Source: Torpedo marmorata (lineage: Eukaryota). From it: 64,000 nucleotides of DNA. A program made the position numbers and the translations under genes. The stretch spans positions 107,198,001 through 107,262,000 of the forward strand of contig OZ360220.1 in the NCBI GenBank assembly GCA_977017645.1, given 5' to 3'. How positions within the stretch are numbered: the stretch's first letter is position 1; each line of letters starts with the position of its first letter. Below, piece by piece: positions 1 through 11,060 of this stretch. Under the pieces are notes generated by a model, which searched no databases, was not told the DNA's origin, and saw nothing but the letters and a program-made list of their open reading frames with translations.

Positions 1-170
1 AATTTATACATTTGTGATATAAATTTATTAACATTTCCATTAGTAATTAATAATTCTAATCCATCCTGTCTTGGAGCTATTAATTGATTTCCCAATTTCT
101 CAACTAAAAATCCTTTAACCTGATAATAAGCTAAAATTGTATTATCTAATATTCCAAATTTTTCTTTTAA
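1..170 (-). mobile_element. L1/Tx1-clade LINE ORF2 fragment (family A), inserted into the Gypsy integrase; runs off the window
   Basis: Reverse strand reads KEKFGILDNTILAYYQVKGFLVEKLGNQ...VNKFISQMYK, closely matching the L1 ORF2 at ~37590-37760 and ~50160-50340. Confidence 0.85.
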
Positions 171-1793
171 TAATCTTAAAGGACCTCTCACCTTATGTCC
201 GAAAACTAACTCGAATGGACTAAAACCAAGTGATTCTTGGACGGACTCCCTCGCTGCAAATAACAACAAATGAACCCCCTCATCCCAATCCTTTTCCTTT
301 TCACAACAATAGGTTCTAATCATGTTTTTCAAAGTCGAATGGAACCTCTCCAAGGCCCCTTGACTTTCTGGATGATACGCAGAGGATACCATCTGTTTAA
401 CTCCCAGTCCATCAACCACTTGTTGGAAAACGCCTGACATGAAATTACTGCCCTGATCTGATTGAATTTCCCTTGGCAAACCTACCAAGGTGAAAAGCTT
501 TACCATAGCCTTTACAATTGACTTTGCTTTAATGTTTCTCAGAGGAATGGCCTCTGGAAATCTGGTGGCTGCACACATAATTGTTAACAAATACTCATTC
601 CCTGCTTTGGTTTTGGGCAATGGGCCAACACAGTCCACAATCACTCTCGAGAAAGGCTCACTGAAAGCAGGGATAGGTTGCAAGGGTGCCACCGGGGGAC
701 CCTGATTAGGTTTACCCACCACCTGACAAGTGTGACAGGCCCGGCAAAAGCTTACAACCTCCCTTCTCAAACTGGGCCAATAAAATTGTTTCATTATCTT
801 CCTTATAGTTTTCTTCACCCCAAGGTGACCACCTAAGGGTGTACTATAAGCCAAAGTTATTATTGCATCCCTATATACTTTAGGGATCACAACCTGCTGC
901 ACTACTGCCCATTCTTCATTGGCAGGAACATCACATGGTCTCCACTTTCTCATCAACACCCCATCTTTTTCATAATAACCCACTGGCACCTTTTTATTCT
1001 CTTCAGAGAGAACCTTATCCCTCACCTCAGCAAGATCAGGATCGTCCTTTTGCCTTGCTATTAGCTTCTGTCGGGATAGTGACAAATCTGTGCCTATAGG
1101 TGCCTTATCAGTGGATGGGTGTAACATAGGAGATTGCTCAACCTTTTCCAGGTTTTCTTGATTATTACTGTCTTTTTCTTTCACCAAGTTATTATCCACT
1201 GCCTTCTCTACAGTGACATTTTTCTTAGACATGGCCCTGGTTATGGCACATGCCGGATAAATATCAGAGTCTTTCTCTGACTTATCAATGACTGGCTTAG
1301 TGGTCATTTGCACTGCAGGAACTACTTTACCCTTGGCCAAGTCATTGCCTAGCAACAGTGAGACTCCTTCTACTGGCAACTCTGATCTCACTCCTATTAT
1401 AACAGGTCTTTCCACCAAGTCTGAGTCCAACACTATTTTATGCAAAGGAAGGGACTCAACATCACCCCAAATTCCTTTAATTAAATTTATGTCACCGGTG
1501 TCAGTAGTTTCACAAAATTCCAAGACACTATCTAACACAAGTGACTGAGCAGCTCCAGTATCTCGCAAGATTTTCACTGGAACTTGTTTTGATCCTGCCT
1601 TAACTGAAACAAAACCATCAGTCACAAAAGTTTTAAATACATCCCTAACTTTGTCAGTAATTTTATTTCCTTCCTGGGTGTTATGCCTCTTCTCAATCTG
1701 AATACAAGCATTAGGTGTTGCATCCTTTTCTCTCTTCTTTTTCAACACTGGACAACTTGCTAGCATATGACCAGCCTTCCTACAGTAGTGGCA
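171..1793 (-). pseudogene. Zn-knuckle/protease/integrase part of the Gmr1-like polyprotein
   Basis: Manual translation puts the knuckle, PVKILRDTGAAQS, LLLGNDLA and the integrase core in one frame. The frame is absent from the ORF track, apparently because it has no stop before the window edge. Confidence 0.8.
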
Positions 1794-1799
1794 AATGGA

Positions 1800-3820
1800 A
1801 CCCGAAGGGTTTTCCTTTTTTCCACTTTCCTTCATCCCTTTCCTTAACAGCACTTCCAAATTTACTTTCCACTTGCTTGGGATTATCCACAGTGACCTTT
1901 TGGAAAATTCTACCTGACGTCCACTTAGGCTTGTGGGTTAAAGCATATTCATCTGCTAACTTAGCTGAATTTTGCCAAGTTTTCACCTCCTTTTTATCTA
2001 AGTATGCCTTAATATCCTCAGGAACACACCTTTTTATCTCCTCGATTATTATTGTTACAAAATAAAACCAGCAACGACAGAAGACGCAATGAAAAAGGGG
2101 TAAAATTGAAATTTATATTTATTAACGACAATTAAACATATAATTTCACAACAATTAACCCCACTATAAACGTCTATAAACAATATTCTTATCTAAAAGG
2201 TGTGTGTGTGTGTGTAAAGCCCAGACCATTACAGTCTGTGCCCAACCCTAATGTAAAAATGGAAAAACTTTCCCCAAAAAACCCCAGGTCAGTCATAAAA
2301 ACAAGTCAGTCAAAAAAAGAATAATACAGTCCACAAAATTCACTCTCTAAGTTCAGGTTTCAAATTCAGCTCTGTGTGCTGGTAGAAGTACTTCTGAATG
2401 AACGTTGGAGAGAGACAATGACTGTTAATGCTTACAAATACTTGTTTTTCTTCTCTGATGACATTCCCTTCTTGTGTTTTCATAAGGATTGCGAGTTCAG
2501 ATCAGTATACCACTGATTGAGGCGTGTGCTTGGATCTCACAGCTGGTCTCGCTGACCTCACGCCTGTTCTCCACAGAAGTTGCTTTACCTCAGAATTTCT
2601 CTGAGCCAGGAGGCCATGTGCTATTCTTCCAGCCTTTTCTCTGGGATGCACAAGCCTGGATTTGGCTGTGTTCTCCAGCCTTTGCAACTCCAAACTGCCT
2701 GCTTTTTGCAGAGGTCTGCACCTGCTTTTGCAAAAGTGCAACAAAGTATCTTTTCCACAGCCTGTCTCTCTCTCTTCTCTCTGTCTCTCTCTCTGGGTAC
2801 ACCAAGTCCTGGGCAAGTTAACTCTTTCAGTACCTGGTCCCAGTGTATACTCCAAAAGACTTCATCCTTCCTGCTGACTGTCTGCAGTCCAAATGGTCAG
2901 TCATGGTCCATAACATTATCAATTCTCTCAATTGATTGTAATCATTGTTTACTGCCTTAGATGTGCACCACTGGTCAAAACACACAACCTTTTCATAGAC
3001 AAACTCTGTATAAGATTGGGTTGCTGCTCTTTTTAAATTTCTAAACTTCTGTCTATAAGCCTCTAGAACTAACTCATAAGCCTGGAGTATAGCCTTTTTC
3101 ACCGTTTCATAATCAGCAGCTTGCTCCATGGTAAGAGTAGAATAAGCTTGCTGAACTTTTCCTTTTGTTACACTTTGTAACATAAGAGACCATTGGTCTT
3201 GTGGCCATTTTAATTTCACAGCCACCTTCTCAAAATGTTGGAAGTACTTATCTATTTCTGCCTCCTCAAATGGAGGAACCAATCTAACTTCTCTACTAGC
3301 CAAAAACCCCACAGCAGGATGACAAATTTGATCTTGGTGCTCTTCTTGTCTCCTCTCATTTTCCAACCTCATCTTTTCCAGCTCATATCTCCTATTTTTC
3401 TCATCGTTCTCGTATCTCTTTTGTTCTCTATCTCCATGTCTAATCTCTTTTGTTCCAATTCCATGTCGAATTTCTTTTGTTCCCTGACTGCCTCCAATTC
3501 TAATTTCTTTTGTTCTCTGGCTGCCTCCAATTCCAATTTCCTTTGTTCCAATTCCCTGTTATTTTGTTCCCATTCCAATTTTTTATTTCCAACTGTATGT
3601 TTTCAGAAGGTTTACCCTTGGAAAACTGCTCTAACAAGCTCTCCTCAAACTTTTTTCTTTTATATAGTATTTGACAATTTTTCTCCCAATCTCTGCCTTT
3701 TTCGTAAATGGTTTTACAGAAGCAATGCCCAACTCTGTTGCTATAGACACTAACTGTTCCTTTTTCGCCTTTTTTTAAAGTATTAGGTTCAGGTGATTCC
3801 AAAAATTTTCCTACATCCAT
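1800..3820 (-). pseudogene. gag (coiled-coil plus SCAN-like capsid), frameshifted and interrupted by a solo LTR
   Basis: ORFs 3500-3844, 3369-3578, 2827-3372 (VPPFEEAEIDKYFQHFEK...AYRQKFR) and 1780-1986. Removing 2053-2915 plus one TSD restores QLRELIIIEEIKRC. Confidence 0.85.
2053..2915 (-). mobile_element. Solo LTR of the same Gmr1-like family, inserted in gag
   Basis: TGTTAC...ATAACA termini; 4-bp TSD TTAT (2049-2052, 2916-2919); homologous to 3955-4896. Confidence 0.92.
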
Positions 3821-3937
3821 TGTTGCTTGTTTTTCGTTACACACACACTAGCTTTTTAATTAGCTTTACAAAAGGAATGTCTTAAACCAGAATAGGATTC
3901 CTTCAATTACCAAGATGGATTTTTAATTCAAATCCAA

Positions 3938-3950
3938 GGACGAGCCCCCA
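3938..3950 (-). promoter_or_regulatory. Primer-binding site, tRNA-Pro type
   Basis: TGGGGGCTCGTCC on the minus strand, 4 nt downstream of the 5' LTR end. Confidence 0.8.
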
Positions 3951-3954
3951 ATTT

Positions 3955-4896
3955 TGTTACAAATTCAAACCAGCAACGACAGAAGATGCATTGCAAAAGG
4001 GGTAAAATTGAAATTTATATTTATTAAGGACAATTAAGCATATAATATCACAACAATTAACCCCACTATAAACGTCTATAAACACTATTCTTATCTAAAA
4101 GGTGTGTGTGTGTAAAGCCCAGACCATTACAATCTGTGCTCAACCCTCATGTAAAAAAATGGAAAAACTTTCCCCAAAAACCCCAGGTCAGTCATAAAAA
4201 CAAGTCAGTCAAAAAAATATATAATACAGTCCACAAAAATTCACTCTCTAAGTTCAGGTTTCAAATTCAGCTCTGTGTGCTGGTAGTAGGACTTCTCAAT
4301 GAACGTTGGAGAGAGACAATGACTGTTTCTGCTTACGAATACTTGGCTTGTTTTTCTTCTCTGATGACTTTCCCTTTTGGTAGAGATTCACGAGGATTGC
4401 GAGTCCAAATCAGTATACCACTGATTGAGGCGTGTACTTGGATCTCACAGCTGGTCTCGCTGATCTCACGCTTGTTCTCCACAAAAGTTGCTTTTAACTC
4501 AGGATTTTGCTGAGACAGGAGGCCATGTGCTATTCTCCCAGCCTTTTTCCCCTGGGATGCACAAGCCAAGATTTTGCTGTGTTCTCCAGCCTTTGCAACT
4601 CCAAAACTGAATGCTTTTTGCAGAGGTTTGCACCTGCTTTTGCAAAAGTGCNNNNNNNNNNNNNNNNNNNNNNNNNNNNNNNNNNNNNNNNNNNNNNNNN
4701 NNNNNNNNNNNNNNNNNNNNNNNNNNNNNNNNNNNNNNNNNNNNNNNNNNNNNNNNNNNNNNNNNNNNNNNNNNNNNNNNNNNNNNNNNNNNNNNNNNNN
4801 NNNNNNNNNAGTACCTGGTCCCAGTGTGTACTCCAAAAGACTTCATCTTTCCTGCTGACCGTCCGCAGTCCAAATGGTCAGTCATGGTCCATAACA
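3955..4896 (-). repeat. 5' LTR of the Gmr1-like element (contains N gap 4652-4809)
   Basis: TG...CA termini; homologous to 2053-2915 and 48641-50765; adjacent to the PBS. Confidence 0.9.
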
Positions 4897-5049
4897 GCAC
4901 TTTGAACATCATTTAAATTACAAATCATTCAGATAAAGCAAATTAACTGCATGGGAGCCTTTTTGTTAAATGGGTTCAATCCAGACGTAGCAAAGTTGAA
5001 TGAAGCTTGAAGTTTGGAAGGAGGCGAGGTAAAAGAATCTGAGTGAGTG

Positions 5050-5500
5050 TGACACGGCAGATGGTGGGATGTTTTCACCCGTGGGGGAATCTTGAATGAG
5101 GGGACAGTTACAAGATTAGGTGGCAGTCACTTAAAACTGATGTGATTAGCAACAACTTCCGACAGATGAAGGTTTACGTACAATATGAGGTAGGGAAGGA
5201 TTTGATAGTTGTGGAGTCGGATACAAAGGCCAGCACAACATCGTGGGCCGAAGGGCCTGTACTGTGTTGGAATGTTCTATGCACCAAAATTCTTTCTTGC
5301 TACAGCCACACAGGTAACAAGTCTCTGCAATTCTCTAGCTTGTGAGGATAGAGAAGAGAGTATTTAAAGAAGTAGGTACAGTTTCAAAAGATCAGGGATT
5401 TTGGGGCGATGTGGAACCAGTGCAGATTTGCCATGATGACATTGAATGGTGGGCCAGGCTTGAGGGGCCATCTAGCTCTATTCTTCTGTCCTTAAGAAGC
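5050..5500 (+). mobile_element. Decayed CR1 3'-end fragments
   Basis: Contains the CR1 tail motif tgggccgaagggcctgtactgtgttggaatgttctat seen at other CR1 ends in the window. Confidence 0.55.
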
Positions 5501-6337
5501 TATATGTATGGAGAAAGCACTGATTAGTTCATGATTGCTCCAGCAAACTACAGGCTATGATAACTTGAAGGGCTTCTCGTGGAGGAATTAAGTGCTGTTC
5601 AATTTGGAGGTGGTGTATTTCTGTTTGGTGATCCATGGCTGTCCACAGTGACTTGCGTCCGCTCCAATTCTGTGGGTTGTGAATGAGTGAGGTCCAGAGC
5701 ACAGGAGATGCACGATGGGGCAGGTAGGTAGTTTGTTTTAGAGGCTATGTGCTCCTTCGCTCCTGAAGAAAAGACTCAAGATGCCAAATGCTCGTGGTTC
5801 CTGGATTCCTGAGAGTCAATGAAGATGAAAACACAATGCTGGAGAAACTCAGCAGGTCAAACAGTGCACTTTATATAGTAAAGATACATAACCCATGTTT
5901 CGGACTTGAGCCCTTCACCAAGGTATGGACAATCTGTAGGCAGGCGCCCGACAAAATGATGGGAGGGAGGGGCAGGGGGAGGAGCACAGGCCCACAGGCA
6001 GGAGGTAATAGATGGATAAGGGAGAGAGGGTGATGTGCCCATCAATAACTCCAAAAAGACTGGAAGTTACACAAGAACTGAAATGCTTTTATTAGCAAAA
6101 GAATGGAGCTGCATTCGTGCTGATGATCTGTCCCGGACTGGGGGAGGAGCCGTGGCACAATGGCCTTTATTCCAGGGGGTTTGTGGGAGGAGCCACCGGG
6201 ACAGTCAGCAGGGCATGTCCAAACCTATCACCAGCCCACAATACATATACAGTGGTTTACCACATTCACCCCTCCTTTTAAAAGAGTCCAGCGGGGTGAA
6301 GTGTATAATAACAATAACGTTAACATAAACATTAACA

Positions 6338-7282
6338 TTAAAGATCAAGTCGATCAGGCGGTCGAGTCTGCCGTTGTGATCGGCGCAGTACTTGTGGTGA
6401 TGGGGCAGGTGGCGGGACTACCTCCTGCCTGATCTGGGGTACTGCAGGTGGCGGAGCTACTTCCTGCCTGATCTGGGGTACTACCACGTCTGGTGATCGA
6501 GAAAATGCTGATGAGTGTGGTGTCGTGCTGGAATTGAGTGGTGCCTCTTGTGTTTCCTCAATGGTAGGCAAGGGGGTAACCGTAACAAGGGGGTGTTCGA
6601 GGGCAGGTTCCAGTGCTCCTGCGGGAGCCAGGTCCCGGATGGAGACCGTGTCTTCCCGCCCATCAGGAAAAACCACGTAGGCGTACTGGGGGTTTGCATG
6701 TGATAATTGGACCCTCTCGACCATTGGGGCATATTTATTGCTCCTGACATGTTTGCGGAGCAGCACTGGCCCTGGGGACGTCAGCCATGCTGGTAGGGTA
6801 GTCCCGGTGGTCGACTTCCTAGGGAAAGAAAAGAGTCTCTCATGAGGTGTAGCATTGGTGGATGTACATAGCATGGATCGGACAGAGTGGAGTGCCTCAG
6901 GAAGGACTTCTTGCCAGCGGGAGACTGGTAATCCCTTAGACCTGAGGGCTAAGAGTGTGGCCTTCCAGACCGTGGCGTTCTCCCTTTCTACTTGTCCGTT
7001 ACCCCGTGGATTATAGCTCGTGGTCCTGCTAGCGGCGATACCCTTGGCCAGCAGATATTGTCGCAGCTCGTCACTCATAAATGAGGACCCCCGGTCGCTA
7101 TGGATATAGCAGGGGAATCCAAACAACGTGAAGAGTTTGCGGAAAGCCTTTATGACTGAGGTGGCCGAGGTATCGGGGCAGGGAATGGCGAAAGGGAACC
7201 GCGAGTACTCATCAATAACGTTGAGGAAGTACACGTTGCGGTCGGGGGAGGGGGCCCTTAAAGTCGACGCTGAGTCGCTCAA
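6338..7282 (-). pseudogene. Integrase core and C-terminus (frameshifted from pol near 7250)
   Basis: VIDEYSRF, HSDRGSSF, YNPRGNGQVERENAT motifs; the upstream frame ends in SVDFKGPLP. Confidence 0.92.
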
Positions 7283-9488
7283 AAGGGCGGGTTGCTTTAA
7301 TTAACTGTGCCCTGTCAGGGCGGGAGAAGTGCGGTTTGCACTCTGCGAAGACTTGGCAGCTACTGGTCATCATCCTGACCTCTTCCAGGGAGCACGGTAG
7401 ATTACAGGCTTTCACAAAGTGAAAAAGCCTGGTGACTCCAGGGTGGCAGAGGTCACAGTGGAGGGCATATAACCGGTCGATCTGTGCGCTAGCACATGTC
7501 CCCCGGGATAGAGCGTCGGAGGGCTCATTGAGCTTCCCGGGCCGGTACATAATATCATAGTTATAGGTCGAGAGTTCGATTCTCCACCTCAGGATTTTAT
7601 CATTTTTGATTTTACCCCGCTGTTGGTTGCTGAACATGAATGCGACTGAGCGTTGGTCAGTCAGCAGGGTAAACCTTTTCCCGGTGAGATAGTGCCTCCA
7701 GTGCCTGATAGCTTCCACTATGGCTTGGGCCTCTTTCTCCACCGCTGAGTGCCGAATTTCTGGGCCTTGAAGGGTACGGGAGAAGAACGCCACCGGTCTT
7801 CCCGCCTGGTTGAGGGTAGCAGCCAGTGCGAAGTCGGACGCGTCGCTCTCTACTTGAAAGGGAGTGGACTCGTCCACCGCATGCATTGCTGCTCTGGCAA
7901 TGTCCCCTTTTATGAGGCTGAAAGCCTCACGTGCCTCCGTTGCAAGGGGAAAAGTGGTGGACTTGACTAGGGGCCGGGCCTTGTCTGCATAATTAGGGAC
8001 CCATTGAGCATAGTACGAAAAGAAGCCCAAGCACCTTTTGAGGGCTTTGAGGGTGTGGGGAAGCGGTAGTTCCAACAGGGGGCGCATGCGGTCGGGGTCG
8101 GGGCCGATGACCCCATTCTCCACAACACACCCCAGGATAGCAAGTCGGGTGGTTCCGAACACGCACTTGTCCTTGTTATAAGTAAGATTGAGCGCTTTGG
8201 CTGCCTGGAGGAACCTCCGAAGGTTGTTGTCGTGGTCCTGGCGGTCGTGACCGCAGATGGTGATATTATCTAAGTACGGGAAAGTGGCCTTTAAATTGCA
8301 TTGGTCCACAATCCTGTCCATCTCTCTCTGGAAGACGGATACCCCATTTGTGACCCCAAAGGGGACGCGCAGGAAATGATAGAGTCTGCCGTCCGCCTCG
8401 AAGGCGGTGTAAGCGCGGTCCTCCCGGCGAATGGGGAGCTGGTGGTAGGCAGTTTTGAGGTCTATGGTGGAGAAAAGCTTATATTGGGCTATCGGATTTA
8501 CCATATCTGCAATGCGTGGTAGGGGGTACGCGTCAAGCTGCGTGAACCTATTGATGGTCTGACTATAACCTACCACCATCCTGTTTTTGTCCCCGTTCTT
8601 GACGACAACCACCTGGGCCCTCCAGGGACTTGTGCTCGCCTCGATGATCCCTTCCCCAAGTAATCGCCTCACCTCTGACTTAATGAATGCCCTGTCCCCT
8701 GCGCTATATCTCCTGCTTTTGGTCGCCACAGGTTTACAATCAGGGGTCAGGTTGGCGAATAGCGATGGGGGTGAGATCTTGAGGGTGGATAGACCGCAAG
8801 TAGTATGGGGTGTGTTTTTAAGGAATTGGTGATTAACGACAGTAATCGGTGGGAGGGGCCCGTCATATTCCATAGTAACACTTTTGAGGTGACTCTGGAA
8901 GTCGAGTCCTAGTAGTACAGGTGCACACAGTCGGGGTATGACCAATAGCGTGAAGTCTCGGTATTCCGTGCCCTGTACCACGAGCGTCGCTACACAACCC
9001 CCCCGGATGTCTGTTGTGTGCGACCCGGAAGCCATGGCAACCCTCTGGCTTACCGGCTGTGTCGTGAGACCACATCGCTGTACCGTGTCAGGGTGGATGA
9101 AGCTTTCTGTGCTGCCTATGTCGAACAGGCAGTTTGTCCTGTGTCCCTCGACCAGAATGTCCATCATTGACCTCGAAAGTTGATGGGGTGCACTCTGGTC
9201 GAGTGTCACTGACGCCAAAGTTGGGTCGCTGTCGTGCTCCGACGTCGCGATGGAGTGCCTGTTGTCCCGGGACTGCGGCACCCTGTGTCGGCTTGCCGGC
9301 GTGGAACAAAATGGCCGCTCCCATGATTCGCACGTGTTGGCGGCGGGTAGATAAGATGGCGGCGCCGGAAGTGACGAAACCCAAGATGGCTGCTTCCATC
9401 CCTCGTACGTGTTGGCCGCGGCGGTGGGTAGGTAAGATGGCGGCGCCGGAAGTGATGACACACAAGATGACCGCCCCGAGTCTCGCAC
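7212..9488 (-). pseudogene. pol: protease, RT, RNase H and IN zinc finger
   Basis: LFDIGS protease, SPW, DAYPLP, IDLKTAYHQ, PFG, YLDN, ESDAS and TDQ motifs; H..GHPG..C..C-like IN N-terminus. Confidence 0.93.
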
Positions 9489-10249
9489 GCGGCGCTGCTC
9501 GAACCCGCTCGCGGCTTTGATCGGCAGACCTTAGCAAAGTGGCCTTTCTTTCCGCAGCTGGGGCAGGTCGCTTCGCGGGCCGGGCAACGTTTTCGGGGGT
9601 GCTTCTCAAGCCCGCAGAAATAGCATTTCTCGGGCTCGCGGCTGATGGCGGCAGTGGTCGATTCACTAGCATGATGGGGGATCGGTGGCATCCACGGAGC
9701 CTGCTGGAGATCGCGCGCTTGGATAGCGTCCGAGTTCTGTAGCGCGGCCTCCAGCGTGTCGGCCAGTTCGATCGTGGAACGGAAGGTGAGGTCAGCTTGT
9801 TCCAGCAGCCGCTGGCGCACATACACTGACCTGATCCCTGTGACAAAAGCGTCTCTCCCTAGGAGCTCAGCGTGCTGTTCAGCCGTCAGTCCCCGGCAGT
9901 CGCATGCCCGCACGAGTGTTTGTATGGCCCGTACGAACTCCGCGTTCGACTCCCCGGGCAGCTGCTGCCGCGTCGCTAGCCTGTGCCTCGCGTATACGGA
10001 ATTCACAGGCCGTGTGTACTGTCTTTTGAGGTTATTCATTGCCTCCTCATAAGTCTGCAGATCGCGGATCATCGAGTAAACTCGCGGGCTTACCCTAGAG
10101 AGGAGGACCTTGCGTTTTTTGGCGTCTTCTTGCACTTTGATCTCCTCTAGGAACGATTCAAAGCAGACTAGCCAGAGTTCGAAGGCATTGCCGGCGTCCG
10201 GTGCTTGTGGGTCGATGTCCAGTTTGTCTGATCTCAAGATGTTCTCCAT
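9206..10249 (-). CDS. gag with two CCHC knuckles (homology ends near 9490, where a 1-nt loss separates it from pol)
   Basis: ATG 23 nt after the 5' LTR; RQQLPGES capsid motif; CYFCGLEKHPRKRC and CPSCGKKGHFAKVC. Confidence 0.9.
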   Translation of the reverse strand: MENILRSDKLDIDPQAPDAGNAFELWLVCFESFLEEIKVQEDAKKRKVLLSRVSPRVYSMIRDLQTYEEAMNNLKRQYTRPVNSVYARHRLATRQQLPGESNAEFVRAIQTLVRACDCRGLTAEQHAELLGRDAFVTGIRSVYVRQRLLEQADLTFRSTIELADTLEAALQNSDAIQARDLQQAPWMPPIPHHASESTTAAISREPEKCYFCGLEKHPRKRCPAREATCPSCGKKGHFAKVCRSKPRAGSSSAACETRGGHLVCHHFRRRHLTYPPPRPTRTRDGSSHLGFRHFRRRHLIYPPPTRANHGSGHFVPRRQADTGCRSPGTTGTPSRRRSTTATQLWRQ

Positions 10250-11060
10250 GTTTACACTTTTGCTAATAAAATTGATGAGCCCATCAATAACTCCAAAAAG
10301 ACTAGAAGTTATACAAGAACTGAAAGGCTTTTATTAGCAAAAGAATGGAGCTGCATTCGTGCTGGTGATCTGTCCCGGACTGGGGGAGGAGCCGTGGCAC
10401 AATGGCCTTTATTCAAGGGGGTTTGTGGGAGGAGCCACCGGGACAGTCAGCAGGGCATGTCCAGACCTATCGCCTAGCCCACAATACATATACAGTGGTT
10501 TACCACAGAGGGCACACCAGAAAACAAGGGAGGGGGGATGGCTCCGTGAATGGAGAGGGAAGGGGATGGAGAGCTGGAGGAAAGAAGACAGAGGGATGGA
10601 GAAGAGAGAGGAAGAATGGGGAGTGGGCTAGCAGAAACTGGAGAAGTCAATGTTAATGCCATCCAGCTGGAAAGTGCCGAGACGGAAAATTAGGTGTTAC
10701 TTTTCCAATTTATGGGCAGTCTTGGTTTGACTGGACATGAGGCCATGGACAGGCATGTCAGCGCAGGAGTGGGGCGCAGAATTGAAATGGTTGGTTACTG
10801 GGAGATCCCTGTCACTGATGCGGACAGAGCAAAGGTGCTCAGCGAAGCGATCTCCTAGTCTGAGCCCAGTCGCTCCGATGTAGAGAAGGCCACAACAGAG
10901 CACAGGATGCAGATGACTCCCGTGGATACACAAGTGAATTGTTGCTTCACTTGGAAGGACTGTTTAGGGCCCCGAATAGTGGTGAGGGAGGAGGTGTGGG
11001 CGCAATTGTGGCACTTCCTGTGGCCGCATGGGAAGGTGCTAAGTGGGCGATTGATAATAA

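Larger units (their letters stand above)
171..4896 (-). mobile_element. Gmr1-like (SCAN-gag) Ty3/Gypsy LTR retrotransposon, 5' part, decayed
   Basis: Order is 5' LTR (3955-4896), tRNA-Pro-type PBS, gag with SCAN-like region, CCHC knuckle (CHYCRKAGHMLASC), protease (ILRDTGA), then integrase with no RT between them (SAYHPESQGALERFHSTLK...GFSPFELVFG). This PR-IN order is diagnostic of the Gmr1 lineage. Confidence 0.88.
6031..10507 (-). mobile_element. Full-length Ty3/Gypsy LTR retrotransposon (Mag-like, two CCHC knuckles)
   Basis: LTRs 6031-6264 and 10273-10507 differ by about 8 substitutions plus 1 indel (by eye). TG..CA ends, 5-bp TSD GAGGG, PPT at 6265-6280, domain order gag-PR-RT-RH-IN. Confidence 0.96.

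Noticed and set aside
9088-9846. 252-aa alternative-frame ORF and antisense ORFs over gag-pol
   Set aside because: GC-rich shadow frames with no recognisable domains.
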